Below, in pieces: positions 1 to 9,404 of a stretch of DNA of 64,000 nucleotides (position 1 is the stretch's first letter; each line of letters starts with the position of its first letter). The translations under genes and the position numbers were made by a program. The notes beneath the pieces are model-generated. The model was not told the DNA's origin and ran no database searches. It saw only the letters and a list, made by a program, of their open reading frames with translations. Source of the DNA: a virus (taxonomy: Duplodnaviria; Caudoviricetes); IMG/VR virus record IMGVR_UViG_3300021387_000072, positions 32,001 through 96,000 of that record; one strand, 5' to 3'.

Positions 1-190
1 TTACTTCATCAGGAATGGATTTAAAATCATAGCCATGCTTGGTTGTCATAGATACAAGCTCTTCATTCATGGCCTGTGCTTCGAGCTGTATGTAAGTTAC
101 AAGCTCTGCAGCTTTTTCTTTAAGGATTTCTCTTTCACTTTTCTTAAACGCTTCTTTGAATGCGCTTACGAAATCCGTTGATCCACTCAT
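1..190 (-). CDS. Partial hypothetical protein of the head-completion region (runs off the window edge)
   Basis: ATG at 190 overlaps the stop of the upstream gene (TAATG coupling); open frame MSGSTDFVSAFKEAFKK... to position 1. Confidence 0.6.
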   Translation of the reverse strand, partial: MSGSTDFVSAFKEAFKKSEREILKEKAAELVTYIQLEAQAMNEELVSMTTKHGYDFKSIPDEV

Positions 191-918
191 TACAGATCAC
201 CACCGGGTTCCTTCTTAGCCTGTATTCTCAGAACACCATGCTTACCGGAAATATGCATGCCTTCATAACTGATGTCAACCACTGAGTAGATATCGTTTGC
301 CCAGATAAAGTTATCTGCTGGACGAATCTTATTTGTCAGTTCATTGTACTGTACCGTTATGATAGACAGTGCGTTTGGCGTAACACCGGGTGTTGCTGAT
401 ATGGCAGAGAACTCTGGTCTGCCGTCATATCTATATGCGTTCACTGGTATATTAGGAGCAATGACAATATGCCTGTCTTCTTCGCTCTCGATACGGAAAC
501 CATTCTCATCATATTCCGTTTCAGAGAATCGTGTGAACGTAAGCATAACATTACATCTGAGTGCACGGCTCATTTTGTTATTGGGCTGCGGCGGGATATC
601 CCAGTCAAGCACGTAGACAGTTTCATTATCATCGATAATAATATCTCCCTTACGGATATCATTCTTAACTGATGTTCTGAAGTTAATATTATTATCTGTA
701 TTGGCATAGCGGCTCTTTGATTTATCCGGGTATATTTCTCCACGGATTACAATTTTTTCATAATCCGGTTCCTCTCTCTTATACCAGTTATGTATAAGTT
801 CAAAGTTCATTACTGCACCCGGAATATCCATAGCAAGGAAGTTATCAAAGTCGCCAGGGAGAGTTGGAGGTACAAAGAATTTCAATGTTGATTCCTGGTC
901 GCTATAGTTATAGCCCAT
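190..918 (-). CDS. Putative head-closure/head-tail adaptor protein
   Basis: Lies downstream of the major capsid gene; beta-rich composition; GAGGTG RBS favours ATG at 918. Confidence 0.45.
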   Translation of the reverse strand: MGYNYSDQESTLKFFVPPTLPGDFDNFLAMDIPGAVMNFELIHNWYKREEPDYEKIVIRGEIYPDKSKSRYANTDNNINFRTSVKNDIRKGDIIIDDNETVYVLDWDIPPQPNNKMSRALRCNVMLTFTRFSETEYDENGFRIESEEDRHIVIAPNIPVNAYRYDGRPEFSAISATPGVTPNALSIITVQYNELTNKIRPADNFIWANDIYSVVDISYEGMHISGKHGVLRIQAKKEPGGDL

Positions 919-928
919 GAGAACCACC

Positions 929-1264
929 TCATTGTCCTGTCATCTTAGCTACGTATTCGCCGCCTGACAGTGTATTGATACTCTTGCCGTTATAGCAGAG
1001 TGTTGTTGGAAGTCGTTCAACGTTATTCGCAGCATCGAGAAGTCTGCTGCGAATACGGCTGAAATCAAGAATGGTCTGTTCGGACCAGTTCGTTCTATTC
1101 GTTCCGTATGTCTTAATGAATTCTTTTTCAACTTCATTCAAGACACACTTGAGAGAATAACCGACATTATAACAAAACTCTGTAAAGCCAAGAGAGCTTT
1201 TTTCAAGTTTATGTGTGTCTCTGTTCTTCGTGAGAATAGAGACTGAATATCTATTATCAGTCAT
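929..1264 (-). CDS. Hypothetical protein (head module)
   Basis: 111-aa ORF with AGGTG RBS, tightly packed in the operon. Confidence 0.6.
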   Translation of the reverse strand: MTDNRYSVSILTKNRDTHKLEKSSLGFTEFCYNVGYSLKCVLNEVEKEFIKTYGTNRTNWSEQTILDFSRIRSRLLDAANNVERLPTTLCYNGKSINTLSGGEYVAKMTGQ

Positions 1265-1276
1265 ACTACCACACCT

Positions 1277-1708
1277 TTAATCAGGTACTACAAAACGGAA
1301 CATCTTGAAGTACTTGATACGCCTTTCGTTTTCTAATGCTGATACTGTAGCCTGCATATTTGCATAAGGCTTATCCATATTTGATACAGAGATAGCATCA
1401 GTCGTATAGCTCACCATATTGTTATAGCCTGTCTTGACCGTATTATAGAACATGATCTTTGCAAGCAGTAAGACATACGCCTGTTCATCTATAGGCAGAT
1501 CTTCAGAGAACATAACTTCCTGAGTTTCTTCGTCGGTATAGATTTCTGTATCTTCGTATGCGGAGGCTCTAGCTGTATCAATATAAAGCTGTTCAAGTCC
1601 ATGAACAATCATCTGTTCATACTCTTCTTCTGTGAACGGAACCGGAACCTGCTGAAGTCTTGTTTCAAACTTTAGTTTCTCCTTAAGCTTTGTAATCGAA
1701 GTAGCCAA
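1277..1708 (-). CDS. Putative head-tail connector/adaptor protein
   Basis: AGGAGG RBS with TTG start; helical 143 aa, two genes downstream of the capsid gene; call is positional. Confidence 0.45.
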   Translation of the reverse strand: MATSITKLKEKLKFETRLQQVPVPFTEEEYEQMIVHGLEQLYIDTARASAYEDTEIYTDEETQEVMFSEDLPIDEQAYVLLLAKIMFYNTVKTGYNNMVSYTTDAISVSNMDKPYANMQATVSALENERRIKYFKMFRFVVPD

Positions 1709-1729
1709 CTAAATCGCCTCCTTCTTTTC

Positions 1730-2185
1730 TTATTCTTCTTCGTCGGTTTCGAGAAAGTCTTTATCAGGCATCTTCTCTTTCAGAACCTTCAGCCTTGTAG
1801 AAGAAAGGTCCATCTTCTTTGCAATCTCAAAGATGGCATGAAGCTCAGCGGGATCTTCTATACCATCAAGGAATGCCTTGAGTTTCTTGGGTGTTCCTTT
1901 GAGAATATTCTCAATCTCGTCATCACTCATGTGAGGATTCGGATCATAATCTATATAAGCGGTAATCTGATCGAAAGGAATTTCCTTTCCGTTGGCATCG
2001 ACAGGCACAAGCATACGCTTGCCAAAGTACTTATCTTCAGTACAGATACTCTCAATAAAGAGAATGTCATCCAGTGTAAGCAGCTTGAAAGAGCCAGGCT
2101 GAATCTGTGTACGATGCCCATTAGGCAGAAGCACACCGATAGTATAGTTACACTTATTCATCACACGATATCTTACTTCTTCCAT
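1730..2185 (-). CDS. Hypothetical protein directly after the major capsid gene
   Basis: 151-aa ORF with RBS; position matches SPbeta-like head modules. Confidence 0.6.
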   Translation of the reverse strand: MEEVRYRVMNKCNYTIGVLLPNGHRTQIQPGSFKLLTLDDILFIESICTEDKYFGKRMLVPVDANGKEIPFDQITAYIDYDPNPHMSDDEIENILKGTPKKLKAFLDGIEDPAELHAIFEIAKKMDLSSTRLKVLKEKMPDKDFLETDEEE

Positions 2186-2253
2186 ATCCTTTTCCTTCTT
2201 CCTTATCAGATTTGAGCCGCTGCGATAGCAAGCAGCGGCTCAAATCATTACTC

Positions 2254-3258
2254 TTAGTTAATCTTATAAGCGCCGATGTTCGGGATCTTGTTAGTAACGA
2301 ACGCAGCCCCAAACCATTGGTCAAGTCTAATTTCGTACACAAGGTCATTGATGTTCTGAGCTTCGAAGGAGTTTACGCCACCTTCGTACAGAATCTTCAG
2401 GTTGTGCAGATCGACAGAGATATTGCCGGGTACGAGATACAGCCAGTTTGTCTTCATGATAGGCGTGGTCTTGCCAGTCTCATAAGCGTTAGGCATGGAG
2501 ATAACCGTGCTGCCCTTATACTTGCCCAGCATACCGGTAGAGGCATACTCGTTCATCTGATCATCAGAATAGGCCACAGTGCCATTACCGTTAGCACCAA
2601 CCATACCCTGAACACCGATCAGCTGAGACACAGCAGCGATATCGCCAACGATGGTCACAGGACCCAGGCGACGGAAGTATTCCAGCTGCTTGTCAAGGAT
2701 TGTGGTGTCGATACCATTGGCAGAGCCATAGAACGGAGAATGGAATTCAGCAACGGCCTTATGAAGAACGTCTTCAATGTAGCCGGTTTCCTTCAGAACC
2801 ATCTGTTCATTGGCCTGACGAACCAGATCAGGCATGTTCACACGATTGCAGCGAAGCTCCATGATGTTGATAGCAGGACGGCTGGACACTTCGATCGTAT
2901 CGATGAAGAGCTGCCTGCTGGCAACGTAGCTTCTCGGTGTGGTAGAACCCTTGGCCTGAATCACAGCATTGATACCACCGGTCTGCATATTGAAAGCAAT
3001 CTTCTCACCGAAGTTGCAGCGCTTGGTATCAGCGATGCTTTCCAGGAATCCCAGAGAATTCTGATGGATATCATTCATTGTGTAGGCCACGGTCTGACCG
3101 ATGGTATGAATGACTTCCTTAGTATTTTCCTGCTGTGCCAGTGTATGGAAAATTTCCTGTGCTTCATCTGCAGCGGCAGAATCAACGCGCTTGTTCTGAA
3201 CCTGATCAGCAAGCACCTTAATAAGCTTACTGTCGGCTGTAATACGAATAGGATCCAT
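2254..3258 (-). CDS. Major capsid protein (probable HK97 fold)
   Basis: About 334 aa, last large gene of the terminase-portal-protease block; GAGGTG RBS before ATG at 3258; C-terminal GAAFVT...IGAYKI beta pattern. Confidence 0.7.
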   Translation of the reverse strand: MDPIRITADSKLIKVLADQVQNKRVDSAAADEAQEIFHTLAQQENTKEVIHTIGQTVAYTMNDIHQNSLGFLESIADTKRCNFGEKIAFNMQTGGINAVIQAKGSTTPRSYVASRQLFIDTIEVSSRPAINIMELRCNRVNMPDLVRQANEQMVLKETGYIEDVLHKAVAEFHSPFYGSANGIDTTILDKQLEYFRRLGPVTIVGDIAAVSQLIGVQGMVGANGNGTVAYSDDQMNEYASTGMLGKYKGSTVISMPNAYETGKTTPIMKTNWLYLVPGNISVDLHNLKILYEGGVNSFEAQNINDLVYEIRLDQWFGAAFVTNKIPNIGAYKIN

Positions 3259-3311
3259 ATATATCACCTCAATAATGTATAGCACACAAGGTGCTTGTAA
3301 ATATGTATTTG

Positions 3312-3340
3312 AAAAGAGCGGCGTTATTGCCGCTCGTTTT
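3312..3340 (-). terminator. Intrinsic terminator between the decoration/fibre genes and the capsid gene
   Basis: GAGCGGC/GCCGCTC stem flanked by A4 and T4 runs (bidirectional shape). Confidence 0.55.
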
Positions 3341-3346
3341 CATAGG

Positions 3347-3793
3347 TTAACCCTTAAGGTTTCCACCGGCTGAAACAGTCAGTACCTTTCCGGGTTGTAT
3401 ATTGTTAGCCTCTACGAGAGATGCGGAGATAAGAAACTCTTCTCCCTCTTCGAGCGGATGCGCATTCAGCAACGCATCCGCTTCGACAGCATAACGTCTT
3501 GTATCATAAACATCACTATCATTGAAATCCCAAGTGTTTTCAATGAAATAGCAAAGTTCATTCAGTTTTCTAACAAGGACGCGATAGGCAGGCAGATTGT
3601 CGTAGATTTCTGCTGACTCACGAATCATGAATTCATTATCTGATTCTTTAAATATCAGCTTGTTGTTTTCTGGAAACATTATCATTCCGTTGTATACAAG
3701 TTCTTGCGTACCGTTTGAATACGATCCATCGTATACGTGGTTCTTGTATATTGTGATGTAACCGCATTTCAGTTCATTATCCACCATCGCCAT
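3347..3793 (-). CDS. Capsid decoration-like protein, paralog 5
   Basis: Shares GYxT..Y.G..N...NG, FIENTWDFNDS..YD and HPLEEGEEF motifs with the ORFs at 12286-14580. Confidence 0.55.
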   Translation of the reverse strand: MAMVDNELKCGYITIYKNHVYDGSYSNGTQELVYNGMIMFPENNKLIFKESDNEFMIRESAEIYDNLPAYRVLVRKLNELCYFIENTWDFNDSDVYDTRRYAVEADALLNAHPLEEGEEFLISASLVEANNIQPGKVLTVSAGGNLKG

Positions 3794-3820
3794 TGCTATC
3801 ACCTCCTTCATGTATATTTA

Positions 3821-6800
3821 TTAAGTGCAGAATCCAAGACGGATACCGTGTTGCTCAGTAACTGCCTTGGTGTTTCTTGTGCCATCAGCAGCAATAACAT
3901 TCATGGTTGTATCTGCTACGGTTCTTGTCCAGTAGATTTGTGCTGCTGTTGTGGTACTCGTTTCTGGGAAATATGCTTTTCGCATTTCGTCGTTGGTGAA
4001 ATGGCCATAATCATGACCTTCTTCAGAACCATAAGCAATACCGAGTTCTTTCAGAGAAGGAATCCACATATAGCAGTTAACCCATTCATGTGTAACTGTA
4101 TTTGAATTAAGTTTGCATCTATGTCTCTTTGCAACTTGAAGAACCGCATTTTGAAGATTGCTTGGTAAATAATCTTTTAAAGAGTCAACATACGTTTTTA
4201 TAGCAGAACCAGAATAACCACCGTATACACCGGTACCACTTGTTGTTCCGCTTGCAGCGGAAAGATTCCACTTGTATTTTGTTGTAAGAATTTCTTTGGA
4301 AAGCCATGTCATATGTGCATAGGATGTACCACCTGGAAGTGGATCGATATCAAACCCAACAAGCACCATTGTTATTGTGTCAATTGTTGCTGCGCCGCCT
4401 GAGTTGCTTGTAAGTTCAAGTTCAATCTCATCACCAACGTGATATAGTTTTTTATATGTACCATTCGAACATGCAGTTATCACAGAAGACCAGTTCATCA
4501 GGCTTGTATCAATAACTCTGAAATTTCTTGAATCATCCACTCTGAGTTCGAATCTGTGAGAAGATGTGGATCTTGTGCTGGAATTAAGATACAAAGCTTG
4601 TGATTGTGTTGCTGTACGATCTATGCTGATAACATGATAATTCGTACCATCATAACGGAACTGCACAATATCATTAGCGCGAATCACATTAGCTCTAAGC
4701 TTAAACTCACCGCTATAAATAGGTTTTGCTCCAGTGCTGTTTATGTTTAATGTAGCATTTGCTGGAACATCATAAGTAAACTTTATACTTACAAAACCAT
4801 TTGTGTTTAAAACAAAACCTGATAGGGTAGCTACTTTTGCAGCAGTACTTGCCTCTGTGCTACATAGCCCATAACCACTACCGAAATATGGAGGGCTTAC
4901 ATTATTAAGTTTTGTTTTATCGGATGCACTCATAAGGCCAGCTGCACTTGTTGTAGCGGCAGTATTAGGTATTTTGACAGTACGGTCTGTAGCACCAGTA
5001 ACATGACCAGTAGAATCAGATGTTATCTGTGAAATTGTAAATGTACTGCCAAAGCCTGGAGTCTGGTTCGCTGTTGGTTTGCCAGTTCTCGCAGTATAAC
5101 TCGGATGTGAATATGCTGGAGGATCACCCCAAGTACCATCAGCTTTAAGAAAAGCTCCTACGTCAGCCTTTGTTGGTTTTGGAACAAGACCAGCAGCACC
5201 GTCTGCAGATGATGATGCACCGGTCATTGTAGCTACAGTCTTCTTGGTTGCTGTTATTACACCCTGTGCGTTCTGAGATATCGTAGCTATAAAAGTAGAA
5301 CTCGTACCAGAAGCGGATGGATCAGAGACAGCAGTTTGTGTATTCTTTTTGCCACTGATATCTTGATGAGCAGTAATTACAGTCTGCCATGTACCATCGC
5401 CTCTAAGGAATTTTGTTTGTGCACCAGCTCCAGGAGCAGGTACTAAGCCAGCAGTACCGGCAGTTGAAGCATTTGCAGCACCCATGTTTGGAGGTGATGC
5501 CCAATCGCCATCGCCACGAAGGAACAGCGTTCTATCTGCTTTTACTGGTTTAGGTACAAGACCGGTATGACCATCAGCACTTGATGTTGCACCACCCATG
5601 GTACGCACTGTACTTTTGGTAGCAGATATTACACCTTGAGCATTCTGAGAAATAGTGGCAATATAAGTTACACCAGAGCCTGATGCTGATGGATCTGATA
5701 CTGCTGTCTGTGTCTTTTTATATGTGGAAGAAATTGTATTACCGTCTCCATCTTGTGTGGCTTTTGTGGCAGAGGTGGCATTACCGACAAATTCGGTGGC
5801 TGTTACTTTCTTAGGAAATGTAACATTGCGTTGATAATCGTATCCATAAACATGACCGGTTTTTGCTATATTGTTTGGTGTTGTCCAACATGCAGTGCCG
5901 AAGGCTTGTATTTTCAGAATAGAAAGACCAACATTGCCGGAATATGTATGCTTTGTTATGCCAAATGTAAATCTGATTTTACTGTAATTTGATTCAGGAT
6001 AAGAATTATAATATGTACTAAATGGCTCGACATTAATTATGTTCCAGCCACTCCAACCCGCTAAGCTAACATGGTCAGCAATATTAACCCATGTTGTTTC
6101 ACTTTGTTTTAATGCTTTTTCTATTGTTACATAACTACCACTAGAACCATTTGTTGAAACAAAAATGGCGAATTTCCTGAGATTGGCATATAAACCTGCT
6201 GTATTTGTTGTAACTGTAAATCGTACAAGGCAATTAGCGTCAGGTCTATTATCAGCATTGCTTTTACCAACATTGGCAGAACCACCGATAGAAGAAAATA
6301 TTTTCATTTTTTCTTCATCTGTCAAACCAAAGTCTGTCCATGTTGCTCCAGCATCTCTAGAATACTCTACTTGAAGACCAGCTGCTATTAATAATTCAAA
6401 TCTGTTTGCACTTAATTCTGAAATAATACCAGCATCTACAGGACTTGCGTTGCCAGCAATGTTTTTACCACCCCACTCAAGATATGCTTCCTTGCCAACA
6501 TTATCTAATCCCATGTCGGTCTTCAGCTTGGCGGCTGTAACAACGTCACTGGTTGTACCATTGATAGTCTTTGTTATCTTTTTATTCGTAGCATCATACG
6601 CTATTGTGCTTACAGTAGCAGACTTATCTGCTTTACCGCTTATATCCTGGTGGGCAGTCACGACTGTTTGCCACGTAGCATCGCCACGAAGAAATTTTGA
6701 TTGTGAACCAGCGGGAGCTTGCACCATACCCTTCGTACCAGCAGCGCTAGCACTAGCACCAGTCATTGTAGGTAACGTCTGATGAGCGGTAAGAACTTTA

Positions 6801-9379
6801 GCACCGTTGGAGTACAGACAGTTATCCGTACCAACATAGGCTTTCACATTACTGTATGTTTGAGGATTAGCGTCCTGAGAAGTTGCGCCAACTAAATATA
6901 ACTTCGACGTGCTATTTGTAGCACCAGCAGTATTCTTAGTATCTGTAGGAACTACCCATTGTGCATCACCACGGAGGAATTTAGTTTGAGATCCTGCAGG
7001 AGCCTGCACCATTCCTTTAGTACCAGCTGCTGATGCTGATGCTGCACTCATCGTTGGCAATGTTTGATGTGCAGTCAGTGCTGTCTGCCATGTACCGTCT
7101 TGACGGAGGAACTTTGTGCCACCACTGGATGTACCCAATGCGGCTTTAACTACAGTGGCGTTTACTACATTTGATACTTTTCTTCTATGGTATGTTATAG
7201 TAGATGTCCCACCACCGGCATACTGCGCTACAAGATAGTCATCCAGAGTTGCAGGTGAAGAACCTTCTGTTAGGCAGTTAATTATGTCTGAAGCTGTAGA
7301 CCATGTAGCATTGCCACGAAGGAATTTGACATGTGCGCCAACTCCTGGCTGCGGCACGATGCCCGCTGTACCAGCAGCGGTATCTGACGCACTAGTCATA
7401 GTTGCAGGTGCAGCCCAGTCTCCGTCTCCACGAAGGAATAAGGTTCTGTCTGCTTTTACTGGTTTGGGTACCAAGCCAGCTGTGCCATCAGCACTAGAAG
7501 ATGCACCTGTCATAGTACTTACAGTTTTCTTTGTGGCTGAAATAACACCCTGGGCGTTTTGTGAGACTGTGGCTATAAAGGTAGTACTGGTGCCACTGGC
7601 AGAAGGATCACTTACTGCGGTCTGAACTTTCTTATAGGTTGAGGAGATGACTTTACCATCTCCGTCTTGTGTAGCTTTGGTGGCTGAAGATGCAGATGTA
7701 GCTGAAGTAGCACTGGTTGCGCTGTCTGCAGTTTTAGCATGAGCTACATTGCCTGCATCTACAGATACATTGCCTGTTACGGTTTTATAAACTTCAACAC
7801 TGGTTTTCGGATCTGTTTCGGTGGTTCCACTAACCTCGCTTGAATTCACAAGAGTCCATCCGTTATTTGATCCTTCAAGTATATAAGCTTTACAGCGCAT
7901 CCATCCGCTGCAATGAATATATGCACTTACTTCTGTATCAGCAGTTATACTATTAACCTTTGTAACAACTACATCATTTTCTCCAAAGCCATAACGGATA
8001 ATCCATTCTACTGTAGTATCTGTAGTTTTATTTGAATTTGCTCTTGCTGCTATTTTTACAACACCATATCTGCCAGCTGAGAATCTTCCATGAATAATAA
8101 CAATAGCAGAATAGTCTGCATTCACACCTGCTTTAAGTGTCATTTTTGCAAATCTGTGCCATGGATAGTTGTTTTGGCCTTGGCTGTCTATGTAGCAATG
8201 ATTGAAATAAAACGACGATAGAGCCTTAGGTATACCACCATCTAGATAAATACCTTGTTTAGCTGAACCAACATCTGCAGTGCCAAGCTGTGTTGGTATA
8301 GCCCAAGTAGCATCGCCTCGCAAGAACTTGGTCTGAGATCCAGCTGGGGCTTGAACCATACCTTTGGTGCCAGCGGCACTGGCTGAAGCAGCGCTCATAG
8401 TTGGAAGCGTTTGATGGGCAGTGAGTACTTTTACACCGCCCGAATAAAGACAACCATCCGTACCGACATAAGCCGTATCCTGGCTGTAAGTCTGAGGATT
8501 CGCTGCTTGTGACTCAGCTCCAATAAGGAACAGCTTCTTTGAGCTATCTGTAGAACCTGTTGTATTCAGGGTGTTTGTAGGTGTAACCCATTGACCGTCA
8601 CCTCTCAGGAATTTAGCCTGAGATCCGGCTGGAGCCTGTACCATGCCTTTTGTTCCAGCAGCGGATGCACTAGCACCAGTCATTGTCGGTAGAGTCTGAT
8701 GTGCGGTCAGAACCTTTACACCACCAGAATACAGGCATCCATCCGTACCAATGTATGCTGTATCATGCGAATACGTTTGAGGATTAGCGGCTTGGCTCTC
8801 AGCACCGATAATGAAAAGTTTCTTGGAACTGTCTGTTGAGCCAGTGGTATTCAGAGTGTTTGTAGGCACTGCCCATGTGCCATCGCCTCTAAGAAAACTC
8901 GTTTGCTTTCCCGCTGCAGGCGCAGGCACGTAACCACCGCTGCCTGCTGCCGAAGCGGAAGCACCTTTCATGGCTGGCGTTACTGTATCACTATCCAAGC
9001 TTGTCAGCGCCCAATACTTGGTACCGTTATCAAACAGGTAGAACATATATGTTCTCTTATCGCCAAGATTGCCGACAGCTGTAAGGTTACCAACAGTATT
9101 ATTACGAAACTGTTTTATTGCCAAAGCCCCTGTGCCGTTGACATTCATCTTTACCTTATCAACAGCAACAGAGTTTGTATTTGTAAATGTTACGAAAATG
9201 ATTGCACCGTTAACGAGATTGGCGGCATCAAAGTCTGCACAAACGACATCCTTAGTTTCCGTTGCCGCCGCAGTTGAACACGTACCGAAAAATATATGTT
9301 CAAGCTTCGTTCTCGCAACAGCATCCTTAATATTATACGTTGTGTTATTCAGTGCTTTTATCTTGGATATATCTGCCAT
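3821..9379 (-). CDS. Long repeat-rich fibre protein (about 1850 aa) with a C-terminal DUF6273-like domain
   Basis: Many GLVPAP..G...FLRGDG(T/A)W repeats; TASTAAK motifs; C-terminal VGDEI...VGFD...W.PS..E...YWTRT...GIRLGF pattern; AGGAG RBS before MADISK. Confidence 0.7.
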   Translation of the reverse strand: MADISKIKALNNTTYNIKDAVARTKLEHIFFGTCSTAAATETKDVVCADFDAANLVNGAIIFVTFTNTNSVAVDKVKMNVNGTGALAIKQFRNNTVGNLTAVGNLGDKRTYMFYLFDNGTKYWALTSLDSDTVTPAMKGASASAAGSGGYVPAPAAGKQTSFLRGDGTWAVPTNTLNTTGSTDSSKKLFIIGAESQAANPQTYSHDTAYIGTDGCLYSGGVKVLTAHQTLPTMTGASASAAGTKGMVQAPAGSQAKFLRGDGQWVTPTNTLNTTGSTDSSKKLFLIGAESQAANPQTYSQDTAYVGTDGCLYSGGVKVLTAHQTLPTMSAASASAAGTKGMVQAPAGSQTKFLRGDATWAIPTQLGTADVGSAKQGIYLDGGIPKALSSFYFNHCYIDSQGQNNYPWHRFAKMTLKAGVNADYSAIVIIHGRFSAGRYGVVKIAARANSNKTTDTTVEWIIRYGFGENDVVVTKVNSITADTEVSAYIHCSGWMRCKAYILEGSNNGWTLVNSSEVSGTTETDPKTSVEVYKTVTGNVSVDAGNVAHAKTADSATSATSATSASSATKATQDGDGKVISSTYKKVQTAVSDPSASGTSTTFIATVSQNAQGVISATKKTVSTMTGASSSADGTAGLVPKPVKADRTLFLRGDGDWAAPATMTSASDTAAGTAGIVPQPGVGAHVKFLRGNATWSTASDIINCLTEGSSPATLDDYLVAQYAGGGTSTITYHRRKVSNVVNATVVKAALGTSSGGTKFLRQDGTWQTALTAHQTLPTMSAASASAAGTKGMVQAPAGSQTKFLRGDAQWVVPTDTKNTAGATNSTSKLYLVGATSQDANPQTYSNVKAYVGTDNCLYSNGAKVLTAHQTLPTMTGASASAAGTKGMVQAPAGSQSKFLRGDATWQTVVTAHQDISGKADKSATVSTIAYDATNKKITKTINGTTSDVVTAAKLKTDMGLDNVGKEAYLEWGGKNIAGNASPVDAGIISELSANRFELLIAAGLQVEYSRDAGATWTDFGLTDEEKMKIFSSIGGSANVGKSNADNRPDANCLVRFTVTTNTAGLYANLRKFAIFVSTNGSSGSYVTIEKALKQSETTWVNIADHVSLAGWSGWNIINVEPFSTYYNSYPESNYSKIRFTFGITKHTYSGNVGLSILKIQAFGTACWTTPNNIAKTGHVYGYDYQRNVTFPKKVTATEFVGNATSATKATQDGDGNTISSTYKKTQTAVSDPSASGSGVTYIATISQNAQGVISATKSTVRTMGGATSSADGHTGLVPKPVKADRTLFLRGDGDWASPPNMGAANASTAGTAGLVPAPGAGAQTKFLRGDGTWQTVITAHQDISGKKNTQTAVSDPSASGTSSTFIATISQNAQGVITATKKTVATMTGASSSADGAAGLVPKPTKADVGAFLKADGTWGDPPAYSHPSYTARTGKPTANQTPGFGSTFTISQITSDSTGHVTGATDRTVKIPNTAATTSAAGLMSASDKTKLNNVSPPYFGSGYGLCSTEASTAAKVATLSGFVLNTNGFVSIKFTYDVPANATLNINSTGAKPIYSGEFKLRANVIRANDIVQFRYDGTNYHVISIDRTATQSQALYLNSSTRSTSSHRFELRVDDSRNFRVIDTSLMNWSSVITACSNGTYKKLYHVGDEIELELTSNSGGAATIDTITMVLVGFDIDPLPGGTSYAHMTWLSKEILTTKYKWNLSAASGTTSGTGVYGGYSGSAIKTYVDSLKDYLPSNLQNAVLQVAKRHRCKLNSNTVTHEWVNCYMWIPSLKELGIAYGSEEGHDYGHFTNDEMRKAYFPETSTTTAAQIYWTRTVADTTMNVIAADGTRNTKAVTEQHGIRLGFCT

Positions 9380-9404
9380 TGCAGTTTCCTCCTGCAAATT
9401 ATTA

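Noticed and set aside
3259-3311. Shared late-promoter motif upstream of capsid and protease genes (GTGTG(C)TATA)
   Set aside because: Only two short, imperfect instances; too weak to support.
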